From Candidatus Pacearchaeota archaeon (lineage in GTDB: Archaea; Nanobdellota; Nanobdellia; Pacearchaeales; GW2011-AR1), in the NCBI GenBank assembly GCA_018303995.1, contig JAGVXB010000013.1, positions 27,490-91,489 of the forward strand: a stretch of 64,000 nt of DNA. Reading direction: 5' to 3'. The position numbers and the translations under genes are program-made. The notes beneath the pieces were generated by a model, which saw only the letters and a program-made list of their open reading frames with translations, did no database searches and had not been told where the DNA came from. Below are positions 19,206 through 29,315 of the stretch, one piece after another. Within the stretch, counting starts at the first letter, position 1. Every line of letters begins with the position of its first letter.

Positions 19206-19883
19206 TCAAATCAAACTCAAAAACTTTTTGATATCTTCCATGGATTGAAAACCTTCTAAAACAATTCTTTCATTAATTATAATAACTGGCAGCCTAGTAA
19301 TATTATGCACTCGTTTTTGAAGCTCCACAGCGCCAAGATTCAAATCCCCAGCCACTGGAAGAAGAATAAGATTGTTTCCCTTCTGCTCCTTCAAATCTCT
19401 CAAAACATTAGAGATTATTTTCTGTTGAGCAACAATTTTTGAGTTAGCAGGATCTCCAGCATATAAATAAGCAAGAGTATCAAAAGAAGCATCACACTTT
19501 TTCTTCAATAAAATAGTATTAAGCCATAACTCGGTTTTAAGTAGACTATAACGCTTCTTCTCTCTTAAAAGTTCATCAGTAATTTGATTGCTTTCTTCAA
19601 ACCTCTCTAATTCCAATCCGGTCAAATAAAGATCATCTGCAAATTGAAAATTTTGTTCTATTGCCATATCACATGAACTACTATCCATAATTTGATAATA
19701 ATAATTTTGCAATTTCAGATCTAAAGCTTGTATTTCATAATTCCTGTAATTTTCAATAATCTTATCATTTCTATTTGATTCTACATACAATCCTAAAGAA
19801 AACCCAATTATCAATACAAGCATTGATATTATCGCAGACTCTAAAAAAATTCTAAATTTGCTGTTCATTATTTTGTATACCAT
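19206..19883 (-). CDS. Membrane-anchored hypothetical protein
   Basis: N-terminal TM helix (ISMLVLIIGFSLGLYV). Confidence 0.35.
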   Translation of the reverse strand: MVYKIMNSKFRIFLESAIISMLVLIIGFSLGLYVESNRNDKIIENYRNYEIQALDLKLQNYYYQIMDSSSCDMAIEQNFQFADDLYLTGLELERFEESNQITDELLREKKRYSLLKTELWLNTILLKKKCDASFDTLAYLYAGDPANSKIVAQQKIISNVLRDLKEQKGNNLILLPVAGDLNLGAVELQKRVHNITRLPVIIINERIVLEGFQSMEDIKKFLSLI

Positions 19884-21589
19884 CTAATGTCTCCTCGCGC
19901 TAATTTGTAAAGAGCAATTATCAAAGGAATTACATATAGCGACCTATAAAAAAACGAGTACCCTACAATCTTTATAACACTTTTGTTTCCGGTTTCAGAG
20001 CTCATAAATCCAGTTTTATAATACCAAATAGCTAATGCAAAAAAACATATTCCCAAAAATAGAAGTAATGTAAATGAGAAAGTATAATCAAAATATCTCC
20101 AAAATGGATATCCTTGCAAAGAATAATACCAAGAAAATAAATTATAAGATCCTTTAATCCAAATATAACGAGAAAATAATAAGAAACCTATAATCGCAAA
20201 AATAAAAGATGCAGTAACATATGGAATAACAAAATGACCGAATGCCCCCTCACGAAACATAGCTTTCCAATACTTTTGCACTGTCTGTAAACCGCCTAAA
20301 TTCCACCTAACTCTTTGTTTAATCCAAGTCTTTAAATCTTCAGGAACCGTTGTATAAACAATTGCATCATAAGACATCCTGGTTCTATAACCTTTGCTCA
20401 ATATATGCCATGTAATCTCAATATCTTCTGTTAAATTTTTAGGATCAAAACCGCCCAGTTTAATAACCAAATCTTTTCGATACATGCTCAATGGACCATT
20501 AGTGACATATACTGAATCTACAAAATCAAGCAATTTTCTAGTCCATGCAATAATAGAATAATCCATCACTTGAAATTTTCCGAGCCAGTTCGGTTTATTT
20601 TTTACCAAAACTCGAGAAGTTACTGCCCCAACAGAAGAATCATCAAAATGCCCAATCATTTTAAGAAGAGAATCTTTTCTAGGATAAGAATCTGCATCAA
20701 CTACTGCTATAAGCTCACCCTTTGCTATTTTCAAAGCCTCATTTAAAGAATTAGCCTTCCCAGAATTAAGTTTGTTTAAAAGACAAACATTTGAATATTT
20801 CTTAACCAACCCAAGAGCAATATTTTTAGTATTATCTCTACTTCCGTCATTAATTATTATTATCTCTCTCCTATCTTTTGGATAATTCAGATTTACAATA
20901 GCTTCAACTGTTTCAACAAGACTGTCTTGTTCATTATAAGCAGGAACTAAAAAAGAAACAGAGTAATGCTTAGTAAATGCGGGACTAGCAAACAAACGAT
21001 AACGATTTCTATAATGCAAAAACATAAAAATCATAAGAAAAAATATTCCAAAAAAGAATAAAACTACATATACCCATGTAAAAAAGTTCATTCTAAATAT
21101 ATTGTAAAAGCTTTCACTCAAAGATATATCTGCGCTATGCCCAACTTTCTTTTTTATAATAAGCCCCATTGAAACAAACTTTGCAATATGGTCATATGCC
21201 TTATTTCCCCTTATTTTAACCAAAATAGATTGTTTCATAGGTTGTTTATGAGCAATAATGGCAAGGGTCTCCTGCTCCGCCTTTGTAAACTCAGATTCCC
21301 CAGTAGCAAGACGATTAACAAAATGAACAAAATCAGAATGCACATCCATCTTCCACAAGTCCTCGCGACGAACGACCTCAATTCCGCTTCCACGATATTT
21401 CTCTTCAAGTGTGCGCAATATATCCCGTAAAATCAAAGGATTAACATCTGTAAGAGCAACAAGCTCCTTCAATGTCATAAACTTCCCGGAAACAAAAAGA
21501 GCAGCTTCCACACGGCGTAAATTCTCTTTCTCTCGCGCATTATCAATCTCGGCAATACTCTCTCTAGTCACTCCAGCCAATTCATCCAT
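19868..21589 (-). CDS. ScpB-like tandem winged-helix domain fused to a family-2 glycosyltransferase (cellulose/chitin-synthase-like)
   Basis: N-terminal RRVEAALFVSGKFMTLKELVAL...GIEVVRREDLWKM and ETLAIIAHKQPMKQSILVKIRGNKAYDHIAKFVSMGLI, both ScpB motifs. Then a TM segment, then GT2 motifs (VPAYNEQ, INDGSRDNT, DADS, QRVRWNLG). The start is placed at the internal Met (MDELAG). Confidence 0.6.
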   Translation of the reverse strand: MDELAGVTRESIAEIDNAREKENLRRVEAALFVSGKFMTLKELVALTDVNPLILRDILRTLEEKYRGSGIEVVRREDLWKMDVHSDFVHFVNRLATGESEFTKAEQETLAIIAHKQPMKQSILVKIRGNKAYDHIAKFVSMGLIIKKKVGHSADISLSESFYNIFRMNFFTWVYVVLFFFGIFFLMIFMFLHYRNRYRLFASPAFTKHYSVSFLVPAYNEQDSLVETVEAIVNLNYPKDRREIIIINDGSRDNTKNIALGLVKKYSNVCLLNKLNSGKANSLNEALKIAKGELIAVVDADSYPRKDSLLKMIGHFDDSSVGAVTSRVLVKNKPNWLGKFQVMDYSIIAWTRKLLDFVDSVYVTNGPLSMYRKDLVIKLGGFDPKNLTEDIEITWHILSKGYRTRMSYDAIVYTTVPEDLKTWIKQRVRWNLGGLQTVQKYWKAMFREGAFGHFVIPYVTASFIFAIIGFLLFSRYIWIKGSYNLFSWYYSLQGYPFWRYFDYTFSFTLLLFLGICFFALAIWYYKTGFMSSETGNKSVIKIVGYSFFYRSLYVIPLIIALYKLARGDIRWYTK

Positions 21590-21626
21590 TAATAAGTAAC
21601 CATTAAGTGATTTAAAAACATTCTTC

Positions 21627-22241
21627 TCAACCCATAAAGAAAATAAGAGAACTCTCAATAATCGCTGCCAATGCAAGCAAAGGAACAACAATCACAAGAA
21701 ACACCTTAAAAGACTCTTTAAACCTAAACCTAAAAGTGTTTATCTTATCCTTAGAAGCAAAAAAAGAAAAACCCAAATGAATCCCGAGCCCAAGAGAAAT
21801 GAATATGGCAGGCAACTCAAAAATACCATGTGGAATCAATTGCCATATGACTAAATATCCTGCAATAGAAGAAGCCTTGGAATAAACATAACCTAAAATA
21901 GAACCATTAAACAAAGCATTAAACAAAGGGAATATCCCAAAAAAAGCCCCTAAAAACAGAGCAGATAAAGAACTAGTCACATTATTACTAAATATAAACC
22001 ATATCATTTCCAAATAATCCAAATCCCTAGTAGACTTAACAATTTCCTCAATAAGCTTATCAAAAAAACCTAATCGAGCCGAATAAACATAACCAAAAAT
22101 AGAACTTGCAAAAAATATCAAAGCAGAAGCATAAACGTATTTCTTATTCTCCTTTAAATAAAAAAAAGAATCTTCAACTAAATCTGCAAATTCGCGCTTC
22201 CAAGACATTTTTTTATTTTTTCCAGCTAATTTTTTAACCAT
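21627..22241 (-). CDS. SpoIIM/DUF95-like membrane protein
   Basis: Polytopic; LFLGAFFGIFPLFNALFNGSILGY resembles stage II sporulation protein M family proteins. Confidence 0.45.
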   Translation of the reverse strand: MVKKLAGKNKKMSWKREFADLVEDSFFYLKENKKYVYASALIFFASSIFGYVYSARLGFFDKLIEEIVKSTRDLDYLEMIWFIFSNNVTSSLSALFLGAFFGIFPLFNALFNGSILGYVYSKASSIAGYLVIWQLIPHGIFELPAIFISLGLGIHLGFSFFASKDKINTFRFRFKESFKVFLVIVVPLLALAAIIESSLIFFMG

Positions 22242-23089
22242 TATTTTATCATCCTATTCAACATTTTAACTTTTCTTTGATATTTACTACGCAAATAAGC
22301 ACCATAAATCAACCCAGCAACTAGACCGCCAAGATGAGCCATATTCCCAATAGGCAGTTTAACAAAAAACCCTATAACTAGCAAAGGAACAATTGCAACA
22401 ATAGGAGCCAACCAGAAAGACAAACTCAAAGGCATAGAAATCTTTCTAAAAGAACTATTTAAAGAAAACATCGAAAAAATCATTAAAAATATTAATATCG
22501 TTCCGACAATATCTACAACTCCAGAAATAGAAGGAAAAACTTTTCCTAATAAAAATTGTAAAACAATAACTATCAGAGGTCCAACAATAAGAAATATCTT
22601 CTTTCTAGGCAATAATGTTGCTAATATCCCTAAAAGTCCAAATATAGCCCCACTAGCCCCAACTGCAAAATCGTCAATACCTCCAAAAATAAAATCCCCT
22701 CTTGAAAAATAAGTTCCAATATATGCAAACAAAACGAAAAACAGACTGCCAAATATTCCAGCAACTAAATAAAACCAAATGAAACGTTTACGTCCAATAA
22801 TACGTTCAGCCAAACTTCCTAAAAAGAATAACGAAAACATATTAACAAATAAATGAAGAAAACCGCCATGCATAAACACACTCGTAACTACGGTCCAAAT
22901 ATACGTTCCAGATAAAATAAAAGAAGGCTTTATCGCCACAAAATCAAAAATAGATGAAATGAAACTAGACAAAACTAAAAACAAAAAGAAAGCAACAACA
23001 TTAATAAAAATAATTAAATGAGTTGCACTAAACCTGGAAAAAAAACCAGTCGGTCGTTGTTCGCGACGAAAATCACGTCTAATAACCAT
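22241..23089 (-). CDS. Rhomboid-family intramembrane serine protease
   Basis: HGGFLHLFVNM, GASGAIFGLLG (GxSG) and a downstream His in AHLGGLVAG. Confidence 0.85.
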   Translation of the reverse strand: MVIRRDFRREQRPTGFFSRFSATHLIIFINVVAFFLFLVLSSFISSIFDFVAIKPSFILSGTYIWTVVTSVFMHGGFLHLFVNMFSLFFLGSLAERIIGRKRFIWFYLVAGIFGSLFFVLFAYIGTYFSRGDFIFGGIDDFAVGASGAIFGLLGILATLLPRKKIFLIVGPLIVIVLQFLLGKVFPSISGVVDIVGTILIFLMIFSMFSLNSSFRKISMPLSLSFWLAPIVAIVPLLVIGFFVKLPIGNMAHLGGLVAGLIYGAYLRSKYQRKVKMLNRMIK

Positions 23090-23092
23090 AAA

Positions 23093-23764
23093 TTACTTCT
23101 TCCTCTTCTTTTGAACTTTTTTTGCAAGCTTCTTAGAGAATTTCTTCTTAGACTTAAAAGCAGACTTCTTAGAAGAACTCTTTTTACCCTTACTACCTTT
23201 CTTAACCTCTTTCTTCTCAGATTTAGGAACACGCAAAACTTCAAGTTCATTAATTACAATCTGCATCTGAGCAACCTTGTCTTTTAATTTATTAATTGAT
23301 TTCTCAACTTCTTTAACACTCTCAGCAGGATCTTTAGAAATATAAACCTCTCCACATTCGGAACAAGTAAAATCATGTAATATCGCTTGTTCTTCCATAA
23401 CCTCAACACCGCAAGTTTTACAAACATAAAATTGCTTCGTTTTCCTAGTTAAAAGAATGGATTCCTGAATTTCAATCTCCTTTAATAAAGTGGCTCTATA
23501 ACTAACAAGACACTTATAATCATCAAGAGTCCAAAAATATGTATACCATCCACCACTCTTCAAGTCTTTCTTGCGCATAAAATAAACAAGCCCCTTGTCT
23601 GCAAGCTTGTAAAGTATATTCCTAGTCTGATTTATAGTCATATTAAGCTTCTTAGCTATGAGAAATTCATTTACATTCTTCTTTTTAAACAAAATATTAA
23701 CTATCTTATCCGCTCCAGAGCCAGCGACGATAGAAATATAATCATTCAAAAACTTTTCAAGCAT
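23093..23764 (-). CDS. tfe: Transcription factor E (TFIIE-alpha homolog)
   Basis: N-terminal winged helix, Zn ribbon CKTCG...CSECG, and a Lys-rich C-terminal tail. Confidence 0.75.
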   Translation of the reverse strand: MLEKFLNDYISIVAGSGADKIVNILFKKKNVNEFLIAKKLNMTINQTRNILYKLADKGLVYFMRKKDLKSGGWYTYFWTLDDYKCLVSYRATLLKEIEIQESILLTRKTKQFYVCKTCGVEVMEEQAILHDFTCSECGEVYISKDPAESVKEVEKSINKLKDKVAQMQIVINELEVLRVPKSEKKEVKKGSKGKKSSSKKSAFKSKKKFSKKLAKKVQKKRKK

Positions 23765-23891
23765 GAGAAACTAAGAACAAAGAGACAATAAAAACCTTTC
23801 TATATTAAAAACTAAAAAAATAAACAAAAAAATAAAAACATGTAACTCCTTAATAATTAAGATAAACCTATATAAAGAAAGTTGCGAAACA

Positions 23892-24503
23892 ATGAATAAT
23901 AAAATGTTTGGCTTAAAAAAGAAAAACCCGGCAAGTGAATTACCTGACTTTCCACCCAGCAGTGCCCCATCAATGAGAGATTATCAAAAAACTACACTAC
24001 CTCCTATAGAAGTATCTCAAGAAGATAGTATTCATGGACTCCCTTCATTCCCAGATTCTCTAATGAAAAAAGGATTCAGTCAAAGTATGATAAAAAGCGC
24101 AGTTGAAGACGAAGATAAAAATTTGCCAGAGTTACCTGAATGGAACGAAGAAAATGAAGTAAAAAAGCCAACAAGAGCAGTAGAATTAGATGAATGGACT
24201 CCAAAAACAACACCTAAAATGCAGCAAAAACAAACAAACGAAGATTTAAGATCTCCTCCTCCAATTTCAAATCAAATAAATGATAAAAGGCCCCTATTTA
24301 TAAAATTGGAGAAATTCAAAGAAGCCAGAGACTCCTTAGTAAAAATAGCTGAAAAACTTAACCAAATGGATGAACTACTAAAAACAATTAAAGACTTAAA
24401 AGCAAAAGAAGATGAAGAAATCATAAGTTGGGAAAAAGACGTAGGAAACATAAAATCAAGAATTTCATCAGTTAATAGAGAGATATTTGAAAATGCTTAT
24501 TGA
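23892..24503 (+). CDS. Hypothetical acidic/Pro-rich protein with a C-terminal coiled coil
   Basis: ORF only. Confidence 0.35.
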   Translation: MNNKMFGLKKKNPASELPDFPPSSAPSMRDYQKTTLPPIEVSQEDSIHGLPSFPDSLMKKGFSQSMIKSAVEDEDKNLPELPEWNEENEVKKPTRAVELDEWTPKTTPKMQQKQTNEDLRSPPPISNQINDKRPLFIKLEKFKEARDSLVKIAEKLNQMDELLKTIKDLKAKEDEEIISWEKDVGNIKSRISSVNREIFENAY

Positions 24504-24843
24504 AGAACAATTTGTAGGGATAGAACCCCTACAAGTAAATTACGGAGAAAAACAATTACTTTACTGTGAAATGGAAATTCTTACGTCTCTCCAAAAACAT
24601 GAGCGTTATAAAAGATACCGTAAAGAAGAATTAGCAATAAAAAATCTTCTCAAAAAAGTAGTTTTTGAACTAAAAAAAGAAATGGAAATATTAATAGAAT
24701 ATATCCCTCAAGTAAAGGTAATACCTCTCAAGGCTGAAAAAGTTGAAATAGCAAAAATAATAGTTCCTCCTTCAAGAAGAGATGCTCTAGAAGATGAAAT
24801 TCAAAGTATAAGAAGAAAAATAGCAATACTATCTGCAAGTTAA
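24487..24843 (+). CDS. Hypothetical coiled-coil protein
   Basis: ORF only; overlaps the previous gene by 17 nt. Confidence 0.3.
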   Translation: MKMLIEEQFVGIEPLQVNYGEKQLLYCEMEILTSLQKHERYKRYRKEELAIKNLLKKVVFELKKEMEILIEYIPQVKVIPLKAEKVEIAKIIVPPSRRDALEDEIQSIRRKIAILSAS

Positions 24844-24948
24844 CTAATATAGTCAAGGATTCTTGACTATCAAGAGAAAAACATACAATTTTGCTCAGTT
24901 ATTTATGTTTCTCACTATATTTAAAAATGCGCATAGGTTTCAGATTCT

Positions 24949-25278
24949 ATGACAATCACACGCAAAGAACTAATAAATAAATTCATCGAGTTTTTTAAAA
25001 CCAAACAGCATAAAGAAATACCAAACGCCTCATTAATTCCGTCAAACGACCCTACAGTCCTATTTACAACAGCAGGAATGCATCCTCTGGTGCCTTATCT
25101 AAGCGGACACCCACATCCTTTAGGTAAACGCCTCGTAAACGTCCAACGCTGTATCAGAACAGGAGACATAGACGAAGTTGGAGACGCCACGCACCATACA
25201 TTCTTTGAAATGTTGGGCAACTGGTCTTTAGGAGATTATTGGAAAGAAGATCATTCGAATTTCACACTAAAATATTAA
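24949..25278 (+). CDS. alaS: Alanyl-tRNA synthetase, N-terminal fragment (frame A)
   Basis: [52 protein letters not shown] are the AlaRS motif region. The frame stops 12 codons after GDYWKE. Confidence 0.8.
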   Translation: MTITRKELINKFIEFFKTKQHKEIPNASLIPSNDPTVLFTTAGMHPLVPYLSGHPHPLGKRLVNVQRCIRTGDIDEVGDATHHTFFEMLGNWSLGDYWKEDHSNFTLKY

Positions 25279-26708
25279 AAATACATTTAGAAAAATATGC
25301 TGTCAGTGTTTTCGCAGGAGATAACGATGCAGAAAAAGATGAAGAATCAGCAAATACATGGCATAAGTTAGGAATTCCTAAAGAAAGAATAGCATTCCTC
25401 CCAAAAAAAGATAACTGGTGGGGACCAGCAGGAAACACTGGAATATGTGGTCCAGACACAGAGATGTTTTTCTACAGCGGGAAAAAAGCTACAAAGAAAT
25501 TTAACCCAGAAGATAAAAACTGGGTAGAAATAGGAAATAATGTTTTAATGCAATATACAAAAGATGAAAAAGGAAATTATGCCCTTGCAAAACAAAAAAA
25601 CATCGACTTCGGTGGAGGGGTAGAACGCACCCTAGCAGTTCTAAACGGATTCAACGACAACTACTTAACGGAAATATGGCAGCCATTAATAAAAGAAATA
25701 GAAAAAATATCTCATAAAAATTATCAAGAACACAAAAAAGAAATGAGAATAATAGCAGACCACATCAAAGCATCAGTTTTTATTATTGCAGATGGAATTG
25801 TACCTAGCAATACAGGTCAAGGCTACGTCTTAAGAAGACTAATAAGAAGAGCAATAAGACATAGCAAATTGCTAAACATAGAAACAAACATCACATCAAT
25901 TTTAGCAGAAAAAGTAATTTACATATACAAAGACTATGAAAATCTAACAAAAAACAAAGAAATAATACTAAAAGAAATAGAAAAAGAAGAAACAAAATTC
26001 AGAAGCACATTAGAAAAGGGCATAAGACAATTTAATAAACTAGCAGAAAACCAAAAAGAAGTCTCAGAAAAAGAATCATTCTTATTATTCCAATCATACG
26101 GCTTCCCAATTGAAATGACTGAAGAAATGGCAAAAGAAAAAGGCATTAAAGTAAATATAAAAGAATTCCAGAATGAATATCAAAAACATCAAGAATTATC
26201 AAGAACATTATCAGCAGGAACATTCAAATCCGGCCTTTCAGATAATTCGGAAAAAACAACACGTTTGCACACAGCAACGCACTTATTGAATGAAGCGATG
26301 TCACGAGTCTTAGGTCCTGAAGTCGCTCAACGTGGCAGCAATATCACTCCAGAACGCACAAGATTTGACTTCGTATTCAATAGAAAACTCACAAATGAAG
26401 AAATAAAAGAAATAGAAAACATAGTAAATAACCTAGTAAAAAAAGCACTAGTAGTAAAATCAGAAGAACTAGATTATAAAAAAGCAGTAGAGTCGGGAGC
26501 AAAGGGAGAATTCGGCCACAAATATCCGGAAAAAGTCACAGTATACACAGTCTTAGACGCCGAAGAAGAAAAAGGTTACTTCAGCAGAGAAATTTGCACA
26601 GGTCCGCATGTCAAGAACACAAAAGAAATAGGTAAAATAAAAATCACTGAGCAGTCTAGCGTTTCGGCAGGTGTCCGCCGTATAAAGGCGATTGTTGAAA
26701 ACAACTAA
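25239..26708 (+). CDS. alaS: Alanyl-tRNA synthetase, remainder (frame B): catalytic core, tRNA-binding and editing domains
   Basis: Continues the AlaRS sequence in the -1 frame: [28 protein letters not shown]...[20 protein letters not shown]...[15 protein letters not shown] (motif 3)...HTATHLL...CTGPHV. There is no C-Ala domain. Confidence 0.8.
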   Translation: MERRSFEFHTKILKIHLEKYAVSVFAGDNDAEKDEESANTWHKLGIPKERIAFLPKKDNWWGPAGNTGICGPDTEMFFYSGKKATKKFNPEDKNWVEIGNNVLMQYTKDEKGNYALAKQKNIDFGGGVERTLAVLNGFNDNYLTEIWQPLIKEIEKISHKNYQEHKKEMRIIADHIKASVFIIADGIVPSNTGQGYVLRRLIRRAIRHSKLLNIETNITSILAEKVIYIYKDYENLTKNKEIILKEIEKEETKFRSTLEKGIRQFNKLAENQKEVSEKESFLLFQSYGFPIEMTEEMAKEKGIKVNIKEFQNEYQKHQELSRTLSAGTFKSGLSDNSEKTTRLHTATHLLNEAMSRVLGPEVAQRGSNITPERTRFDFVFNRKLTNEEIKEIENIVNNLVKKALVVKSEELDYKKAVESGAKGEFGHKYPEKVTVYTVLDAEEEKGYFSREICTGPHVKNTKEIGKIKITEQSSVSAGVRRIKAIVENN

Positions 26709-26750
26709 TTTAATCCATCCAATAATTCATTAGTTGTAAAGACTTGGACT

Positions 26751-27110
26751 TTATCCTGCCCCCTTAAAACCTCTATCGTTGCTCCAAATACTGCATTGCA
26801 ATGCCAATGCACAAGCTAAAAAAGAAACATCCTTGATATCTTTAATTAAAACGCTGGATTCATCTAAAAATGCATAATATATTTCAGGATTAATTATTTT
26901 AACGTATCTAAACAAAATTTCTAAAAAAGACTCAAAATCAAAATTACTAATTCCAGCTTTTTCGCATATCTCTTCTTTATGCTTTCTAAGTTCAGTTAAA
27001 GCATATGCAGGTGTAAAAAATTCAAATCCAAAACTAAATATAATCTGTCTAGTTTTACCATCTTTAATTATTGCAGATATCATAATATTAGTATCTACAA
27101 CTAGTCTCAT
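26751..27110 (-). CDS. vapC: PIN-domain toxin (VapC-like)
   Basis: MRLVVDTNIMISAI...; 4-nt overlap with the upstream RHH gene. Confidence 0.7.
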   Translation of the reverse strand: MRLVVDTNIMISAIIKDGKTRQIIFSFGFEFFTPAYALTELRKHKEEICEKAGISNFDFESFLEILFRYVKIINPEIYYAFLDESSVLIKDIKDVSFLACALALQCSIWSNDRGFKGAG

Positions 27111-27328
27111 AATCCGTGTCTTTTAGCTATTCCTCTCTTTATTTTCTCTCCAATATCCTCGACATCCTTCTCGGTAAGCTTGCTTTTCGAAGCAATTTTC
27201 TCTAAGGCCATTAAATCTTCTATTCTTTGTTGTATCGCTCGCCTAGCTACTTCACTCCATTTAATTTCCCTAAGCATTCGCATCTTTCTAAGCAATTCAT
27301 CGGGCATAGATAAAGTTATATTTCCCAT
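27107..27328 (-). CDS. vapB: Ribbon-helix-helix antitoxin (VapB-like)
   Basis: MGNITLSMPDELLRKMRMLREIKWSEVARRAIQQRIEDL. Confidence 0.55.
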   Translation of the reverse strand: MGNITLSMPDELLRKMRMLREIKWSEVARRAIQQRIEDLMALEKIASKSKLTEKDVEDIGEKIKRGIAKRHGL

Positions 27329-27365
27329 ATTTATGTGAGATATTTGATATATTTAAACACTCCTG

Positions 27366-28142
27366 TTAAATCAACCCAAATAAAATCACCAAAAGCCCTA
27401 AAATCGCAGTATACAAACCAAACCATTTCAAATTCTTTCTATCACTAAGCACATACTTAAAAGAAAAATTCATAAATACCAAAGCTATCAAAAAACAAAC
27501 AATCGTAGGCAACAAAAAGGAAGCAGAAATAGTCTTATTCCCAAAAGTAACTAAATTAGCGCCTATAATCACAGGAATAGCTAACAAATAAGAGAACAAA
27601 ATAGCCTGTTTCTCTTTCAATCCAAAAAACAATCCTGAAGAAATAGTCATCCCACTTCTAGAAACTCCTGGAACGATAGCAATTGCCTGAGCAAGTCCTA
27701 CGATAAAAGCCCTAAAATAACCTAACTTGAAAGCATCACCATTTCTAGACTTAGTAAAACTTCCTATAAACAATACAACACTTGTAATTAACCATCCAGA
27801 ACCTAAAACGAAAAGATTTCCAGAAATAACGTCAAAATAACTCCTAAAAATGAAACCAAAAATGCCTGCAGGAATACTAGCAACTAAAATCAAAAAACCT
27901 AAGCGAGCATTAGAAGTTCTCCATTTCCCATTAATCAAATCGCGCACAATCATAACAATATCTTTCCTAAAATAAATAAAAACTGCCATTAAAGTTCCAA
28001 AATTCAAAGCCACTTCGAAAGCAAAATCTGCAGAATATCCAATCAATTTCCCAACTAAAGCCATGTGTCCAGAACTAGAAACAGGAAACCATTCAGCAAT
28101 TCCCTGAACAATTGCTAAAATCAAAGAAGAAATTAAATCCAT
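27366..28142 (-). CDS. uppP: Undecaprenyl-diphosphatase (UppP/BacA)
   Basis: GIAEWFPVSSSGHMAL signature; 8 TM helices. Confidence 0.9.
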   Translation of the reverse strand: MDLISSLILAIVQGIAEWFPVSSSGHMALVGKLIGYSADFAFEVALNFGTLMAVFIYFRKDIVMIVRDLINGKWRTSNARLGFLILVASIPAGIFGFIFRSYFDVISGNLFVLGSGWLITSVVLFIGSFTKSRNGDAFKLGYFRAFIVGLAQAIAIVPGVSRSGMTISSGLFFGLKEKQAILFSYLLAIPVIIGANLVTFGNKTISASFLLPTIVCFLIALVFMNFSFKYVLSDRKNLKWFGLYTAILGLLVILFGLI

Positions 28143-28177
28143 TTAAGAATAAGAAAAAAGAAACTTATAAAACTATT

Positions 28178-28321
28178 CTATTCCTCAACATGCAAGTCGT
28201 TAGCATTGCGAATCACATTCAACACGTTACGCTCTTCAGGTGTGATCCCATAAAAGGCATCTATAGTACGTTCAACTAGAGCGACTATGCGCGGGTCCTG
28301 CAAACTTTGTATATTAGCCAT
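28178..28321 (-). CDS. Possible 47-aa small protein
   Basis: MANIQSLQDPRIVALVERTIDAFYGITPEERNVLNVIRNANDLHVEE*, a non-low-complexity ORF in a locally GC-richer stretch of a 450-nt intergenic region. Too short for the track. Confidence 0.2.
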   Translation of the reverse strand: MANIQSLQDPRIVALVERTIDAFYGITPEERNVLNVIRNANDLHVEE

Positions 28322-28592
28322 CTCATCACCTCCAAGAAACAAAGAACTATTTTATTTATATATAAACTACAAACAATAACATATCAATCAAAGTATATTT
28401 ATCCTTATATATCAAACAACTGAAAAGTAATTAACTTGTTATTTATAAACAGTTTCACCAAAAAAAGACAAAAAACTGTAACTAAAATTAGTTAAACCTT
28501 TTAAAAAGAGTTACGACGAATCATTTTATTTATACAAAATATAGTAACACAAAACTGCATAAAGTTATAAACTTTATTTATAATAAATAAGT

Positions 28593-29315
28593 ATGACTAG
28601 CAGAGTTGTCTATACAGTATGCAATGGAGGTAAGGAACGTAGTAGAATATTGGCTTCGATTTTAGAAAAAGAGCTTACAGAAAACGATGTAGGAGGGTTA
28701 GAAGTCAAAGCAAGAGGTTCTTACGGTCTTGGCAATGACGATAAGGGTGTCGAAACTAAATATGGTTGGACACCTCCAGAAGGATTTGTTAATTTAATGA
28801 AAAAAAAGGGAATAAAACTTCATACCTATGAGTCTCAAATGCTAACTAAAAATGAAATAGCTCATGCAGATGTAGTTGTCGCAGTAGATCCAACTATAGC
28901 TAAAAGAATAAAGGAGGCTTATCCAGAATATTCTACAAAAGTTGTAACAGCTTTAGAAGCTATAGGTGAGGGGAACAGCCCATTTTACGATTACCTAGGT
29001 CACTCAATTCCAGATGCATGGGGAGGACATTTATCAAAGAATGTAAGGGATATTTTACATTCTAAACAAGAACATCCTGAAAAAATAAGTCGTTTGACAA
29101 CTATACTTGGGGGAGAATTAAATGAAGAAGAAAAATCCTATATACAAAATTATGATTCTACTAGCCTTGATAATGACCCAACAGACATTAAAAGAATCCC
29201 AAAAAGACTTAGAGACTATATGGGCAAACCAATAGATTCTGATGAAGCGTATTTAGAAGAAGGAGAACATTTAAAGAAAGTTGCTAAACATTTAATAAAG
29301 AGGTTGGTGGCTTAA
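28593..29315 (+). CDS. Low-molecular-weight protein-tyrosine-phosphatase-like domain protein with a C-terminal extension
   Basis: N-terminal VYTVCNGGKERSRIL is a CX5R(S) P-loop. DPY-like NSPFYDY. TATA-like tttatttataataaataag lies about 20 nt upstream. Confidence 0.5.
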   Translation: MTSRVVYTVCNGGKERSRILASILEKELTENDVGGLEVKARGSYGLGNDDKGVETKYGWTPPEGFVNLMKKKGIKLHTYESQMLTKNEIAHADVVVAVDPTIAKRIKEAYPEYSTKVVTALEAIGEGNSPFYDYLGHSIPDAWGGHLSKNVRDILHSKQEHPEKISRLTTILGGELNEEEKSYIQNYDSTSLDNDPTDIKRIPKRLRDYMGKPIDSDEAYLEEGEHLKKVAKHLIKRLVA

